Shown piece by piece: positions 50,390-62,986 of a stretch of 64,000 bases of DNA. The DNA is from Rubrivivax sp. GTDB lineage: Bacteria; Pseudomonadota; Gammaproteobacteria; Burkholderiales; Burkholderiaceae_C. Location of the stretch: NCBI GenBank assembly GCA_031400795.1, contig JANNQO010000088.1:14460-78459 (forward strand), in the 5' to 3' direction. How positions within the stretch are numbered: position 1 is the stretch's first letter; every line of letters begins with the position of its first letter. The notes beneath the pieces were generated by a model that saw only the letters and a list, made by a program, of their open reading frames with translations, was not told the DNA's origin and searched no databases. The position numbers were made by a program, and so were the translations under genes.

Positions 50390-53300
50390 TCTCCACCGCC
50401 TTCAGGTTGTCGTCGCTGTTGCGATCGATGCGCTTGTTGTAGGGATCGATGCCGGCCCAGGCCGGCTGCTGCTTGACGACCAAGCGCAGCTGCTGCGCGC
50501 CGCTTTTCACGCGGAGCCGCTCCATGGCCAGCACCGCGGCATCGCCGAAGCCCTTCTTGCCCGGCTCGACCGTGAACACGCCGATGTCGAAGGGCTCGTC
50601 CAGCGGCGCTTCGCTCTCGACGCCCTTGCCGTCGGCGTAGAGCTTCCTGGCCTGCACGTCCATCAGCAGCTCCCAGGTGCCGTCGGCAAGCCGCTTGGCC
50701 CTGGCTTCGGTGACCTTCGCATCGATCAACGTGATGCGCTCGAAAAGATCGCTGATCAGCGCCTCGTGCTGCGGGCCGGCTTCTTCGCGCAGCAGGCGCA
50801 GGAAGTCGCTCGAGCGCGGATACGGCGCGGCCTTGAAGGCGAACTGCGCGATGAGGCGCTGCAACGCCCGGTTCACCACGGGCTCGCCCACCACCTCCTT
50901 GAGCCAGTACATCGCCAGCGATCCTTTCTGGTAGTGGATGTAGGTCTGGTTCTCCACCCGCGCCAGCGGCAGCTCTTCGATCAACTCGCCGCCGCGCGCA
51001 CGCAGGTAGCGGTCGAGCTCGTACTTCAGGAACTTGCGGATCTGGTCGCGGCCGTAGAGCTTCTCGGCCACGAGCAGCGCCGAGTACTGCGCGAAGGTCT
51101 CGGACAGCATCGTCGAGCCCTGCTGATCGCTGCCGATGATCTGGTGCGCCCACCACTGATGCGCCATCTCGTGCGCGGTGATGTAGGTCACCATGTCGAT
51201 CTTCTGCACGCCGTCTTTCTCTTCCTTGTGCTGCATCACGAAACCGATGCCTTCGGAGTAAGGCATGGTGCCGGCAAAGGCCTGCGCAAAGTCGGCGTAC
51301 GAGGGGAACTCGAGCACACGGGCCTGTTTGAACTGGTAAGGCGAAAAGGCCTTGCCGAAGACGTCCAGCGAGGCCTTCATCGCATCCAGCATGCGCTGCA
51401 CGTTGTAAGGGTGCTGCGGGTCGTGGTAGACGGCGATCCGCACGCCCTGGTGCTCTTCGCTCTTCACCGCATAGCGTGCCGACTGCAGCGAGAAGAAGTG
51501 CTGGATCGGGGCCTCGGTGCGCGTCACCAGTGTGCGGCGGCCGTCGCGGGTGGTGTCGCTCACGGTAACGCCGGGTGCCACCGGTGTCTGGTCGGCATCG
51601 GTGGCCAGCGTGATCTGCGCTTGCACCCAATCGCTGTCGCTGCGCAGGTAGTGTCGCGAGCGTGCTGCATCGTCTTCGAGCGCGGGCATGCGCAGCTCGG
51701 GCGGCAGGCCGTGCTTGCGCCGCTTGCTGCGGTCTTGCAGCAGCTGCGACCGGTCCATGCCGAGCAGCGGCGCGACCTCGACGTTGTTCAGGAAACTGCC
51801 GTTGGCGACGATGCGGCTCTGCGCACCGCTGTTGCGAAAGCCGGGGTCGGCAAGGCGCGTGACGAAACGGATTTCGCGCTTCTCGCCCACCGCCAGCGCA
51901 GGCGTGAAGCGGTAGATGCGGTAGTCGAACTCGGCGTACTCCTTCTCCAGCGTGGCGCCCGGCACCTGCAGCTCGAGCATCTTCAGCGGGTGCAACCAGC
52001 GCACATGCACGTGATCGAGCGCGGCGCCGCTGCGGTTCTCCACCGTGTAACGCCCGTTCACCTCGGCGCGGCGCTCGCGCGGGTGCAGCTGCACGTCGAT
52101 CACCACCTCGGTGATGGTGGGTTGCGCCAGCTTCGCAAACGGCAGCAGCTCACGTTCATAGCGCGCCAGCAGTGCTTCGGCGTCGGGGCGGGTTCGGTAG
52201 TTGTTCAGAACGTTGGTGTTGTAGAAGATCCAGGCGCCCAGCCCGATCCACGCGACCGCGCCCAGCGCGAACAAGGCACCCGCCGGCCCGGTCAATCGGC
52301 GCGGCAGTTGCGCCAGACGCGGCTTCAGCCGCGTTTCGGTGCCGCGGCGGCGCAGCAGGTAGGCCAGCACCAGCAGCATCAGCGCGAACGCCGACCCGTA
52401 CGCGTTGAACCAGGCCCGCGCGGTGGCGAAGTGCCCCTGTCCGTTCATGTCCGACAGCGGCACGCCCGGCACACCGGCGTACTGGTACAGGTTGTGCTCG
52501 AAGCCGACCGCGTTCAAGGCGACCGTGGCCACGAAGTACACCAGCATCACCGCCCAACCGATCACCTTGTTGGGCACCAGCGTCTGCACGAACACTGCCA
52601 GCACGGCGATCAGGATCGCGGTGATCGTCTGCGGCAGCACGAACCACAGCAGGTAGGCGTCGAGCTGGAACTGCGTGAAGCCGCGCATCAGCTGCACGAA
52701 CAGGCCGGTGGCCACCCCGACGCCGTTGCTGACCAGCAGCACGCCCGCGATGGCCGCCACCTTCGGCAGCAGGTGCACCCAGTCGGGCGCGACGGTGGCA
52801 TCGACGATCTCGTGCATGCGCTGCTGGCGGTCGCGCCACACCAGTTCGCCGGCGTAGAACACCGCGATGATCAGCGGCACGATGGTGTAGGAGTCTTCCA
52901 GGGCCTGCACCATGACCCGCGTGACCGGGAAGATCTCGGTGCCGTAGAGCTGGCTCGCAAACCACATGCCGCCAAAAGCGTTGAACACGCCGATGGCCAT
53001 CAGCACGAAAAACGCCGGGCTGCGAAACACCAGCCGGGCATCGAGCCGGGCCACCGCCGCGAACTGCGTCCAGGCGGCACCGCGCAGCTGGGGTGACGGC
53101 AAAGCGCCGGTGGCAAGCGGCGCGATCGACCCGGTGGCCTGCGGCGCGGCCCGCGCACGCTGGCGGCGCCTGAACGACGGCGTGCCGTCCATCCTGAACG
53201 CGCGATAGCCAGCGGCCAGCAGCGCGGCTGCGATGCCCAGCCACAGCGCGCGATTGGCCAGCAACAAGCCTTCGAGGCCCGGCAGCTGGGTGTTGCGTTC

Positions 53301-53975
53301 GGTGGCCGTCCAGTACTTGGTGGCCAGCCGCAGCGGCGCGACGGCGAACGGATCGGCCAGCGCGCTGATGGTGTCCAGCGCGGGGTCGCGCAGCAAGGCA
53401 CGTGAGACGATGAACAGCACCAGGGCGGCCAAGGCGCCGATGTAGGTCCACATCAGGCTGCGCGTGGCGATCGCCAGCGCGAAGAAGCCGGCGGAGACCA
53501 CGAGCAGGCTCGGCAGCACGAACACGAACAGCGCCCACAGGTAGTGCAGCGGCTGCTGCGGCCCGATCTTGGCCGCATCCACCCAGGGCATCAGGCTGCC
53601 GACTTGCATACCCAGCGCGACCGCCACCATGACCGTGAAAGCCACCACCGTCGCGCCGACGAATCGGCCGAAGACGTAGGCCGGCTTGCTCACCCGCGTG
53701 GCACGCAGAATGGGCGCGAAGCCGGTTTCATCGTCGCGGATCACGGCGCCGGCGACGAACGCGGTGACCACGAAGATGCCCAGCACGCACATGATGGCCA
53801 GCGTCTCGATGATGGCGGCCGGCGCGTTGACGTTGACGTTGCCACGCGAGCCGATGCGAATCTCCTCGGTCGTGGTGGCACCGAAGGCGAACAGGAAGAA
53901 CAGCAGGAAGCCGATCCAGAACACCGGGCTCTTCCATTGGTAGCGCATCTCGAACGCGGCGATCGAGGCGAACAT
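50379..53975 (-). CDS. Fusion protein: ABC-2-type multi-pass permease (N-terminal ~560 aa) + M1-family zinc metallopeptidase domain (C-terminal ~630 aa)
   Basis: Part of ORF 50379..54503 from ATG 53975 (1198 aa), 2 nt after the ATPase stop. About 12-13 hydrophobic helices. Then HEMAHQWW...LSETFAQY (HExxH plus distal Glu, gluzincin). The canonical GAMEN exopeptidase motif is replaced by GTMPY. Confidence 0.85.
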   Translation of the reverse strand: MFASIAAFEMRYQWKSPVFWIGFLLFFLFAFGATTTEEIRIGSRGNVNVNAPAAIIETLAIMCVLGIFVVTAFVAGAVIRDDETGFAPILRATRVSKPAYVFGRFVGATVVAFTVMVAVALGMQVGSLMPWVDAAKIGPQQPLHYLWALFVFVLPSLLVVSAGFFALAIATRSLMWTYIGALAALVLFIVSRALLRDPALDTISALADPFAVAPLRLATKYWTATERNTQLPGLEGLLLANRALWLGIAAALLAAGYRAFRMDGTPSFRRRQRARAAPQATGSIAPLATGALPSPQLRGAAWTQFAAVARLDARLVFRSPAFFVLMAIGVFNAFGGMWFASQLYGTEIFPVTRVMVQALEDSYTIVPLIIAVFYAGELVWRDRQQRMHEIVDATVAPDWVHLLPKVAAIAGVLLVSNGVGVATGLFVQLMRGFTQFQLDAYLLWFVLPQTITAILIAVLAVFVQTLVPNKVIGWAVMLVYFVATVALNAVGFEHNLYQYAGVPGVPLSDMNGQGHFATARAWFNAYGSAFALMLLVLAYLLRRRGTETRLKPRLAQLPRRLTGPAGALFALGAVAWIGLGAWIFYNTNVLNNYRTRPDAEALLARYERELLPFAKLAQPTITEVVIDVQLHPRERRAEVNGRYTVENRSGAALDHVHVRWLHPLKMLELQVPGATLEKEYAEFDYRIYRFTPALAVGEKREIRFVTRLADPGFRNSGAQSRIVANGSFLNNVEVAPLLGMDRSQLLQDRSKRRKHGLPPELRMPALEDDAARSRHYLRSDSDWVQAQITLATDADQTPVAPGVTVSDTTRDGRRTLVTRTEAPIQHFFSLQSARYAVKSEEHQGVRIAVYHDPQHPYNVQRMLDAMKASLDVFGKAFSPYQFKQARVLEFPSYADFAQAFAGTMPYSEGIGFVMQHKEEKDGVQKIDMVTYITAHEMAHQWWAHQIIGSDQQGSTMLSETFAQYSALLVAEKLYGRDQIRKFLKYELDRYLRARGGELIEELPLARVENQTYIHYQKGSLAMYWLKEVVGEPVVNRALQRLIAQFAFKAAPYPRSSDFLRLLREEAGPQHEALISDLFERITLIDAKVTEARAKRLADGTWELLMDVQARKLYADGKGVESEAPLDEPFDIGVFTVEPGKKGFGDAAVLAMERLRVKSGAQQLRLVVKQQPAWAGIDPYNKRIDRNSDDNLKAVEITR

Positions 53976-53977
53976 GA

Positions 53978-54871
53978 TCAAGCCGCCTGCATCGGCGCCT
54001 GCGCCCGCTGCGCCGCGAGCGTGGCGAAGTAGACGTCTTCGAGCGACGCCTCGGTGGTGACGAAGCCTTCGCCCGGCGTGCTGTCTGCCTGCACATGGAT
54101 CAGCGTGCGGCCCTCGCGCAAGCGTGTCGAGATGACGTTGGCACGCTGGCGCAGACCAGCGAGCACCTGCTTGTCGGCGGCGCGGGCCCAGATGCGGCCG
54201 CGCTCTCGCTCGACGAGGTCTTTCGGCCGCCCATGCACCACGATGCGCCCGCCGGCCAGGATGGCCATGCGCGAACACAGATCGGTCACGTCGTCGACGA
54301 TGTGTGTGGACAGGATCACCACCACGCTCTCGCCGATTTCGACCAGCAGGTTGCTGAAGCGGTTGCGCTCCTCCGGGTCGAGCCCGGCGGTGGGCTCGTC
54401 GACGATGATCAGCTGCGGATTGCCGATCAGCGCCTGCGCAATGCCGAAACGCTGGCGCATGCCGCCCGAGAACCCCGCCACGGCCTTCTTGCGCACGTCC
54501 CACAGGTTGACCTGCTGCAGCAAGCGCTCCACCGTCTCGCGCCGATCAGCGCGGCCCGTGATGCCTTTGAGCACCGCGAGGTGATCGAGCAGATCGGCCG
54601 CCGAGACACGCGGGTAGACGCCGAAGTCCTGCGGCAGGTAGCCCAGCGTCGCGCGCAGCTTCTCGGGCGCGGCGAGCACGTCGATGTCGCCGAAGCGGAT
54701 GCTGCCGCTGCTCGGCGATTGCAGCGTCGCGATGCAGCGCATCAGCGTGGACTTGCCCGCGCCGTTGGGCCCGAGCAGGCCGAACATGCCGTGGTCGATC
54801 GCCAGCGTCACGTCGTCCAGTGCGCGGGTGCCGTTGTCGTAGGTGTGTGTGAGCCCGTTGATCTTCAGCAT
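53978..54871 (-). CDS. ABC transporter ATP-binding protein (ABC-2/DrrA-like)
   Basis: Part of ORF 53978..55003 from ATG 54871 (GGAGG upstream). Walker A GPNGAGKST, FSGGMRQRFGIAQA, Walker B LIIVDEPTAGLD. Confidence 0.9.
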   Translation of the reverse strand: MLKINGLTHTYDNGTRALDDVTLAIDHGMFGLLGPNGAGKSTLMRCIATLQSPSSGSIRFGDIDVLAAPEKLRATLGYLPQDFGVYPRVSAADLLDHLAVLKGITGRADRRETVERLLQQVNLWDVRKKAVAGFSGGMRQRFGIAQALIGNPQLIIVDEPTAGLDPEERNRFSNLLVEIGESVVVILSTHIVDDVTDLCSRMAILAGGRIVVHGRPKDLVERERGRIWARAADKQVLAGLRQRANVISTRLREGRTLIHVQADSTPGEGFVTTEASLEDVYFATLAAQRAQAPMQAA

Positions 54872-54992
54872 GGGTGTTCCTCCCCGGAGTTGCGGCGCGG
54901 ATGCTGCCAGAGCAGCGCCGCACGTGGCCGCGGCGCGACGAAGGCGGTGTTGCCGGCGACCAAATGCCGCGCGGCCGGACGGGCTGGGTAGC

Positions 54993-57680
<2,688 letters not shown>

Positions 57681-57693
57681 CAGGAACCCACCC

Positions 57694-58758
57694 ATGCCCA
57701 AGACCATCCGCATCGCCGTCATCCCCGGCGACGGCATCGGCAAAGAAGTCATGCCCGAGGGCCAACGCGTGCTGCAAGCCGCGGCCAAACGCTTCGACAT
57801 CGACCTGCGCTTCACGCCCATCGAATGGGCGAGCTGCGACTACTTCGCCAAGACCGGCCAGATGATGCCCGACGACTGGAAGGCGCGGTTGCAAGGCATG
57901 GACGCGATCTACTTCGGCGCGGTCGGCTGGCCGGCCACCGTGCCCGATCATGTCTCGCTTTGGGGGTCGCTGTTGAAGTTCCGCCGCGAGTTCGATCAGT
58001 ACATCAACCTGCGCCCGGCGCGCCTGATCGAAGGCGTGCCCTGTCCGCTGGCGGGAAGGAAGCCCGGCGACATCGACTTCCTCATCGTGCGCGAGAACAC
58101 CGAGGGCGAGTACACCAACCTGGGCGGCGTGATGTACGAAGGCACCGACCGTGAACTGGTGATCCAGGAGTCGGTATTCAGCCGTCACGGCGCCGACCGC
58201 GTGCTGAAGTACGCCTTCGAACTCGCCGCTTCGCGGCCGCGCAAGCAGCTCACCGTGGCCACCAAGAGCAACGGCATTGCGATCAGCATGCCCTGGTGGG
58301 ACCGCCGCGCCGACGCGATGCACGCGCACTATCCGCAGGTGGCCATGGACAAGCAGCACATCGACATCTTGAGCGCGCGATTCGTGCTGCAGCCGCAGCG
58401 TTTCGATGTCGTGGTCGCCACCAACCTGTTCGGCGACATCCTCTCCGACCTCGGTCCGGCCTGCACGGGCACGATCGGGCTCGCACCGTCGGCCAACATC
58501 GACCCCGAGCGACGATTCCCCTCGCTGTTCGAGCCGGTGCACGGCTCGGCGCCCGACATCTACGGCAAGAACATCGCCAACCCGGTGGCGATGATCTGGT
58601 CGGGCGCGATGATGCTCGACTTCCTCGGCCACCGCGACGCGCACGACACGATCCTGCGCGCCATCGAGCAGGTGCTGGTGAAAGGCCCGAAGACCGCTGA
58701 TCTGGGCGGCAGCGCGAACACCACGCAGATGGGCGAGGCGATCGCGGCGTTGATCTGA
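57694..58758 (+). CDS. Tartrate dehydrogenase/decarboxylase-type beta-decarboxylating dehydrogenase (isopropylmalate dehydrogenase family)
   Basis: 354-aa ORF. IAVIPGDGIGKEV, LIVRENTEGEY, NLFGDILSDL, HGSAPDI motifs. Length and N-terminus resemble TtuC/D-malate dehydrogenase rather than LeuB. Confidence 0.85.
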   Translation: MPKTIRIAVIPGDGIGKEVMPEGQRVLQAAAKRFDIDLRFTPIEWASCDYFAKTGQMMPDDWKARLQGMDAIYFGAVGWPATVPDHVSLWGSLLKFRREFDQYINLRPARLIEGVPCPLAGRKPGDIDFLIVRENTEGEYTNLGGVMYEGTDRELVIQESVFSRHGADRVLKYAFELAASRPRKQLTVATKSNGIAISMPWWDRRADAMHAHYPQVAMDKQHIDILSARFVLQPQRFDVVVATNLFGDILSDLGPACTGTIGLAPSANIDPERRFPSLFEPVHGSAPDIYGKNIANPVAMIWSGAMMLDFLGHRDAHDTILRAIEQVLVKGPKTADLGGSANTTQMGEAIAALI

Positions 58759-58760
58759 CG

Positions 58761-60197
58761 GTGCTTGCCGTGAGCCACCTCGCACGTACAGCGCTGGCCG
58801 CGATCTGGCAAGACGCGGCGCTGCCTGACGAGGCCCTGCATCGCATCACGCTGACCGGCGAGGAGCCGGTACTGCCGTCGTCGTTCGCAGTGGGTACCGC
58901 GATGCAAGCGAGCCTGGGCGCCGCGGCGCTCGCTGCCACCGAAGTCGGTCGGCTTCGCGGCGGCTCGGTGCAGACCGTCAGCGTTGACGCCACCGATGCG
59001 GCGCTCGAGAGCGCCTGCCGCTTCACGATCGACGGCCGCAAGCCCGAGGTGTGGGACAAGCTGTCGGGGCTGTACCGCTGCGGAGGTGACGGCCAGCTGG
59101 GCTGGGTGCGCATCCACGCCAACTTCGCGCACCATCGCGACGGCGCACTGGCGCTGCTGGGCCTGCCGAGCGGCGCGGCGACCGAACGAACCGCGGTGGC
59201 CGAAGCCTTGCGCAGTTGGTCGGCCGAGGACTTCGAAACCGCCGCGGCCGAGCGCGGTCTGGTCGTCGCCGCGCTGCGCAGCCCCGCGCAGTGGCAGGCC
59301 CATCCGCAATCCGCCGCGCTGGCCGCTCTGCCCTTGGTGGACACCGAGCGCATCGCCGATGCACCCGCGCGGCAATGGACATCGCTGAACCACGACGACC
59401 GCCCGCTGCGCGGCCTGCGTGTGCTCGACCTCACGCGCATCCTCGCCGGCCCGGTGGCCGGGCGAACGCTGGCGGCCTATGGCGCCGACGTGATGCTGAT
59501 CAACAGCCCGCACCTGCCCAACATCGAGGCCATCGCCGAGACCAGCCGCGGCAAGCTCTCGGCGCACCTCGACCTGCGCAGCGAGGCGGGCCGCCAGACC
59601 CTGCGTGGCCTGGTGCGCGAGGCCGATGTGTTGCTGCAAGGCTACCGGCCGGGTGGACTGGCGGCGCTCGGATTCGGGCCGGTAGAACTCGCCGCGCTGC
59701 GGCCGGGCATCGTCTGCGTGTCGCTGTCGGCTTACGGACATCGAGGACCTTGGGCCGGGCGGCGCGGCTTCGATTCGCTGGTGCAAAGCGCCACCGGGCT
59801 GAACATCGCCGAGGCCGAGGCCTTCAGCAGCGCCGAACCCCGCGCTCTGCCCCTGCAGGCCCTGGACTATGGTGCCGGCTACCTGCTCGCGTTCGGCGCA
59901 CTCGCCGCGTTGCTGCGCCAGCGACAACGCGGCTGCAGCTGGCAGGTACGTGTCGCGCTGGCCGGTGTCGGTCGTTGGCTGCAAAGCCTCGGTCGCATCA
60001 CAGACGGGCCACGCGCCGCCAAACCAGACTTCGACGGCGCGATGGAAGAGACCGACAGCGGCTTCGGCCGCCTCGCCGCGGTACGCCACGCCGCGCGCTT
60101 CTCGGTCTCATCGACGCAATGGACCCGGCCCTCAATGCCGCCGGGCTCGCACCCGCCGGTGTGGCCCACCGCTCACGCCTTCACACAATCCACGTAG
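58761..60197 (+). CDS. Family-III (CaiB/BaiF) CoA-transferase with an atypical domain order
   Basis: 478-aa ORF (GTG). The canonical N-terminal motif PLRGLRVLDLTRILAGP appears only at about residue 215. GFDSLVQSATGL (catalytic Asp context) is present. Residues 1-210 resemble the usual C-terminal segment. Confidence 0.78.
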   Translation: MLAVSHLARTALAAIWQDAALPDEALHRITLTGEEPVLPSSFAVGTAMQASLGAAALAATEVGRLRGGSVQTVSVDATDAALESACRFTIDGRKPEVWDKLSGLYRCGGDGQLGWVRIHANFAHHRDGALALLGLPSGAATERTAVAEALRSWSAEDFETAAAERGLVVAALRSPAQWQAHPQSAALAALPLVDTERIADAPARQWTSLNHDDRPLRGLRVLDLTRILAGPVAGRTLAAYGADVMLINSPHLPNIEAIAETSRGKLSAHLDLRSEAGRQTLRGLVREADVLLQGYRPGGLAALGFGPVELAALRPGIVCVSLSAYGHRGPWAGRRGFDSLVQSATGLNIAEAEAFSSAEPRALPLQALDYGAGYLLAFGALAALLRQRQRGCSWQVRVALAGVGRWLQSLGRITDGPRAAKPDFDGAMEETDSGFGRLAAVRHAARFSVSSTQWTRPSMPPGSHPPVWPTAHAFTQST

Positions 60198-62425
60198 TAA
60201 CTGCGCTCCGGCCCGTCGGTTTCCACCAGCCCGTGCACATCGGTCTCGAAGCCCGGGAATGCCGAGTTGAAGGCACGCGTGAATTTCAGATACGCAACGA
60301 TCTTCTTGTTGAAGCGCTCTCCGGGAATCAGCAGCGGGATGCCCGGCGGATAAGGCGTCAGCAGCGAAGTGGTGATGCGCCCTTCCAGCGCGTCGATGCC
60401 CACGCGCTCGGTCTTGCGGTGCGCGATGTGCGCGAAAGCGTCGCTGGGCTTCATCGCCGGCTGCAGGTCCGACAAATACATCTCGGTAACCAGGCGCGCG
60501 ATATCGGCCTTGGCGTACATCTCGTGGATCTGCTGGCACAGGTCACGCAAGCCGGTGCGCTCGTAGCGCGGGTTGGCGGCACTGAACTCGGGCAGCGCGC
60601 GCCAGATCGGCGCGTTCTTGTCGTAGTCGTCCTTGAACTGCTGCAGCGCCGTGAGCAGCGTGTTCCAGCGGCCCTTGGTGATGCCGATCGTGAACATGAT
60701 GAAGAACGAATAGAGGCCCGTCTTCTCCACCACCACGCCATGCTCGGAAAGGTATTTGGTGACGATGGCCGCAGGAATGCCTGTCTTGGCGAACTTGCCG
60801 TTCACATCCAGGCCCGGCGTGATGATCGTGCTCTTGATCGGGTCGAGCATGTTGAAGCCTTCGGCCAGGTTGCCGAAGCCATGCCACTTGTCGCCGGGCT
60901 TGAGCATCCAGGCATCCGCGCGGCCGACGCCCTCGCTGACGAGCTTCTCCGGCCCCCAGACCTTGAACCACCAGTCGCGGCCGAACTCCTTGTCGACCTT
61001 GCGCATCGCGCGGCGGAAGTCCAGCGCTTCGAGCAAGCTTTCTTCCACCAGCGCCGTGCCGCCCGGCGGCTCCATCATCGCCGCGGCCACGTCGCAGCTG
61101 GCGATGATCGCGTACTGTGGGCTGGTGGAGGTGTGCATCAGGTAGGCCTCGTTGAAGAGGTGCCTGTCCAACCCGCGGTTCTTCGGGTCTTGCACCAGCA
61201 CCTGCGAAGCCTGGCTCAGGCCGGCAAGCAGCTTGTGCGTGCTCTGTGTGGCGAAGACCATCAGGTCCTTCGGCCGCGCGCGCTTCTTGCCCATCGCGTG
61301 GAAGCTGCCGTAAAAGCTGTGGAAGGCGGCGTGCGGCAGCCAGGCTTCGTCGAAATGCAGCGTCTCGATGTAGCCGTCCAGTGCGTGCTTGATGGTCTCG
61401 GTGTTGTAGAGCACGCCGTCGTAGGTGCTCTGCGTGAGCGTCAGGATGCGCGGCCGCGCCTTCTTCGGATCGACTCCCTTGAGCAGCGGGTTGGCAGCAA
61501 TCTTCCTTTGGATCGCCTCGCGTGAGAACTCGTCTTGAGGGATCGGCCCGATGATGCCGTAGTGGTTGCGCGTGGGCGGCAGGAACACCGGCACCGCGCC
61601 GGTCATGATGATCGAGTGCAGGATCGAGACGTGGCAGTTGCGGTCGACCACGACGATGTCGCCGGGCGCCACCGTGTGGTGCCAGACCATCTTGTTGCTG
61701 GTGCTGGTGCCGTTGGTGACGAAGAAGCAGTGGTCGGCGTTGAAGATGCGCGCGGCGTTCTTCTCGCTCGCGAACACCGGGCCGGTGTGGTCGAGCAATT
61801 GGCCGAGTTCGTCGACCGCATTGCAGACGTCGGCGCGCAGCATGTTCTCGCCGAAAAATTGGTGGAACATGCGCCCCACCGGGCTCTTCAGGAAAGCCAC
61901 GCCGCCGCTGTGGCCCGGGCAATGCCAGGAGTAGGAACCATCCTGCGCGTAGTCGACCAGCGCTTTGAAGAACGGCGGCGCCAGCCCGTCGAGATAACTC
62001 TTCGCTTCGCGGATGATGTGGCGCGCCACGAACTCCGGCGTGTCCTCGAACATGTGGATGAAGCCGTGCAGCTCGCGCAGGATGTCGTTGGGGATGTGCT
62101 GGCTGGTGCGCGTTTCGCCGTAGAGATAGATCGGGATGTCGGCGTTCTTGAAGCGGATCTCGGTGATGAACTTGCGCAGGTTCAGCACCGCCGGGTCGAG
62201 CTCGGGGCCGGGCGTGAACTCTTCGTCGTCGATCGACAGGATGAATGCGCTGGCGCGGCTTTGTTGTTGCGCGAACTGCGACAGGTCGCCGTAGCTCGTC
62301 ACGCCGAGCACCTCGAAGCCTTCCTTTTCGATCGCCGACGCCAGCGCGCGAATGCCCAGCCCCGAAGTGTTCTCGGAGCGGAAGTCCTCGTCGATGATGA
62401 CGATCGGGAAGGTGAAGCGCAGCAT
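60173..62425 (-). CDS. Orn/Lys/Arg decarboxylase (large PLP-dependent, wing-domain type)
   Basis: 750-aa ORF. N-terminal receiver-like wing domain (IVIIDED...). WHCPGHSGG, FVTNGTSTSNK, STHKLL (PLP-Lys) motifs. Confidence 0.9.
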   Translation of the reverse strand: MLRFTFPIVIIDEDFRSENTSGLGIRALASAIEKEGFEVLGVTSYGDLSQFAQQQSRASAFILSIDDEEFTPGPELDPAVLNLRKFITEIRFKNADIPIYLYGETRTSQHIPNDILRELHGFIHMFEDTPEFVARHIIREAKSYLDGLAPPFFKALVDYAQDGSYSWHCPGHSGGVAFLKSPVGRMFHQFFGENMLRADVCNAVDELGQLLDHTGPVFASEKNAARIFNADHCFFVTNGTSTSNKMVWHHTVAPGDIVVVDRNCHVSILHSIIMTGAVPVFLPPTRNHYGIIGPIPQDEFSREAIQRKIAANPLLKGVDPKKARPRILTLTQSTYDGVLYNTETIKHALDGYIETLHFDEAWLPHAAFHSFYGSFHAMGKKRARPKDLMVFATQSTHKLLAGLSQASQVLVQDPKNRGLDRHLFNEAYLMHTSTSPQYAIIASCDVAAAMMEPPGGTALVEESLLEALDFRRAMRKVDKEFGRDWWFKVWGPEKLVSEGVGRADAWMLKPGDKWHGFGNLAEGFNMLDPIKSTIITPGLDVNGKFAKTGIPAAIVTKYLSEHGVVVEKTGLYSFFIMFTIGITKGRWNTLLTALQQFKDDYDKNAPIWRALPEFSAANPRYERTGLRDLCQQIHEMYAKADIARLVTEMYLSDLQPAMKPSDAFAHIAHRKTERVGIDALEGRITTSLLTPYPPGIPLLIPGERFNKKIVAYLKFTRAFNSAFPGFETDVHGLVETDGPERSYYVDCVKA

Positions 62426-62527
62426 GGGCTTGTTCCGGGCGGTCGGGGCAAAGAGCGCGAAGTGTAGGGGCCGCGCGTGCGGGCCGGATGGCTACACTGC
62501 CGTGCATCGAATCTGGAGGAGCAAGCC

Positions 62528-62965
62528 ATGGACTGGAGCGCAGCCACGCTGTGGTGGATCGCTGCCGGCGTGCTGGTGGCGGTGGAACTCGCCACCGGCA
62601 CCTTCTACCTGCTGATGCTGGCGCTGGGCTGCGTGGCCGGTGCGCTGGCCGCGCATGCCGGCGGCGGCGCCACGGCGCAGGTCGTCGGCGCGGCGCTGCT
62701 GGGCGGCGGGGCCACCGTGGCCTGGCACCTGAAGCGCTCGCGCCAGCCGGCCCCCTTACCCAGCGACACCAACCGCGACGTGCAGCAGGACGTGGGGCGC
62801 ACGCTGCAGGTGCCGGAGTGGGGCCACGACGGCACGGCACGCGTCAACTACCGCGGCGCTGCCTGGTCGGTGCGCTTTGCCGGCGACGGGCCGCCCGCGC
62901 CGGGCGAACATGTCATCGTCGCCGTCGATGGCAACCTGCTGCGCGTGCAGCGCGCGGTGTATTAA
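62528..62965 (+). CDS. NfeD-family membrane protein
   Basis: Part of ORF 62477..62965 from ATG 62528 (GGAGGAG upstream). Two or three TM helices, then a C-terminal OB-like GTARVNYRGAAWSVRF...GEHVIVAVDGNLLRV. Confidence 0.8.
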   Translation: MDWSAATLWWIAAGVLVAVELATGTFYLLMLALGCVAGALAAHAGGGATAQVVGAALLGGGATVAWHLKRSRQPAPLPSDTNRDVQQDVGRTLQVPEWGHDGTARVNYRGAAWSVRFAGDGPPAPGEHVIVAVDGNLLRVQRAVY

Positions 62966-62986
62966 CCTTTCACTGAATGGAACATC

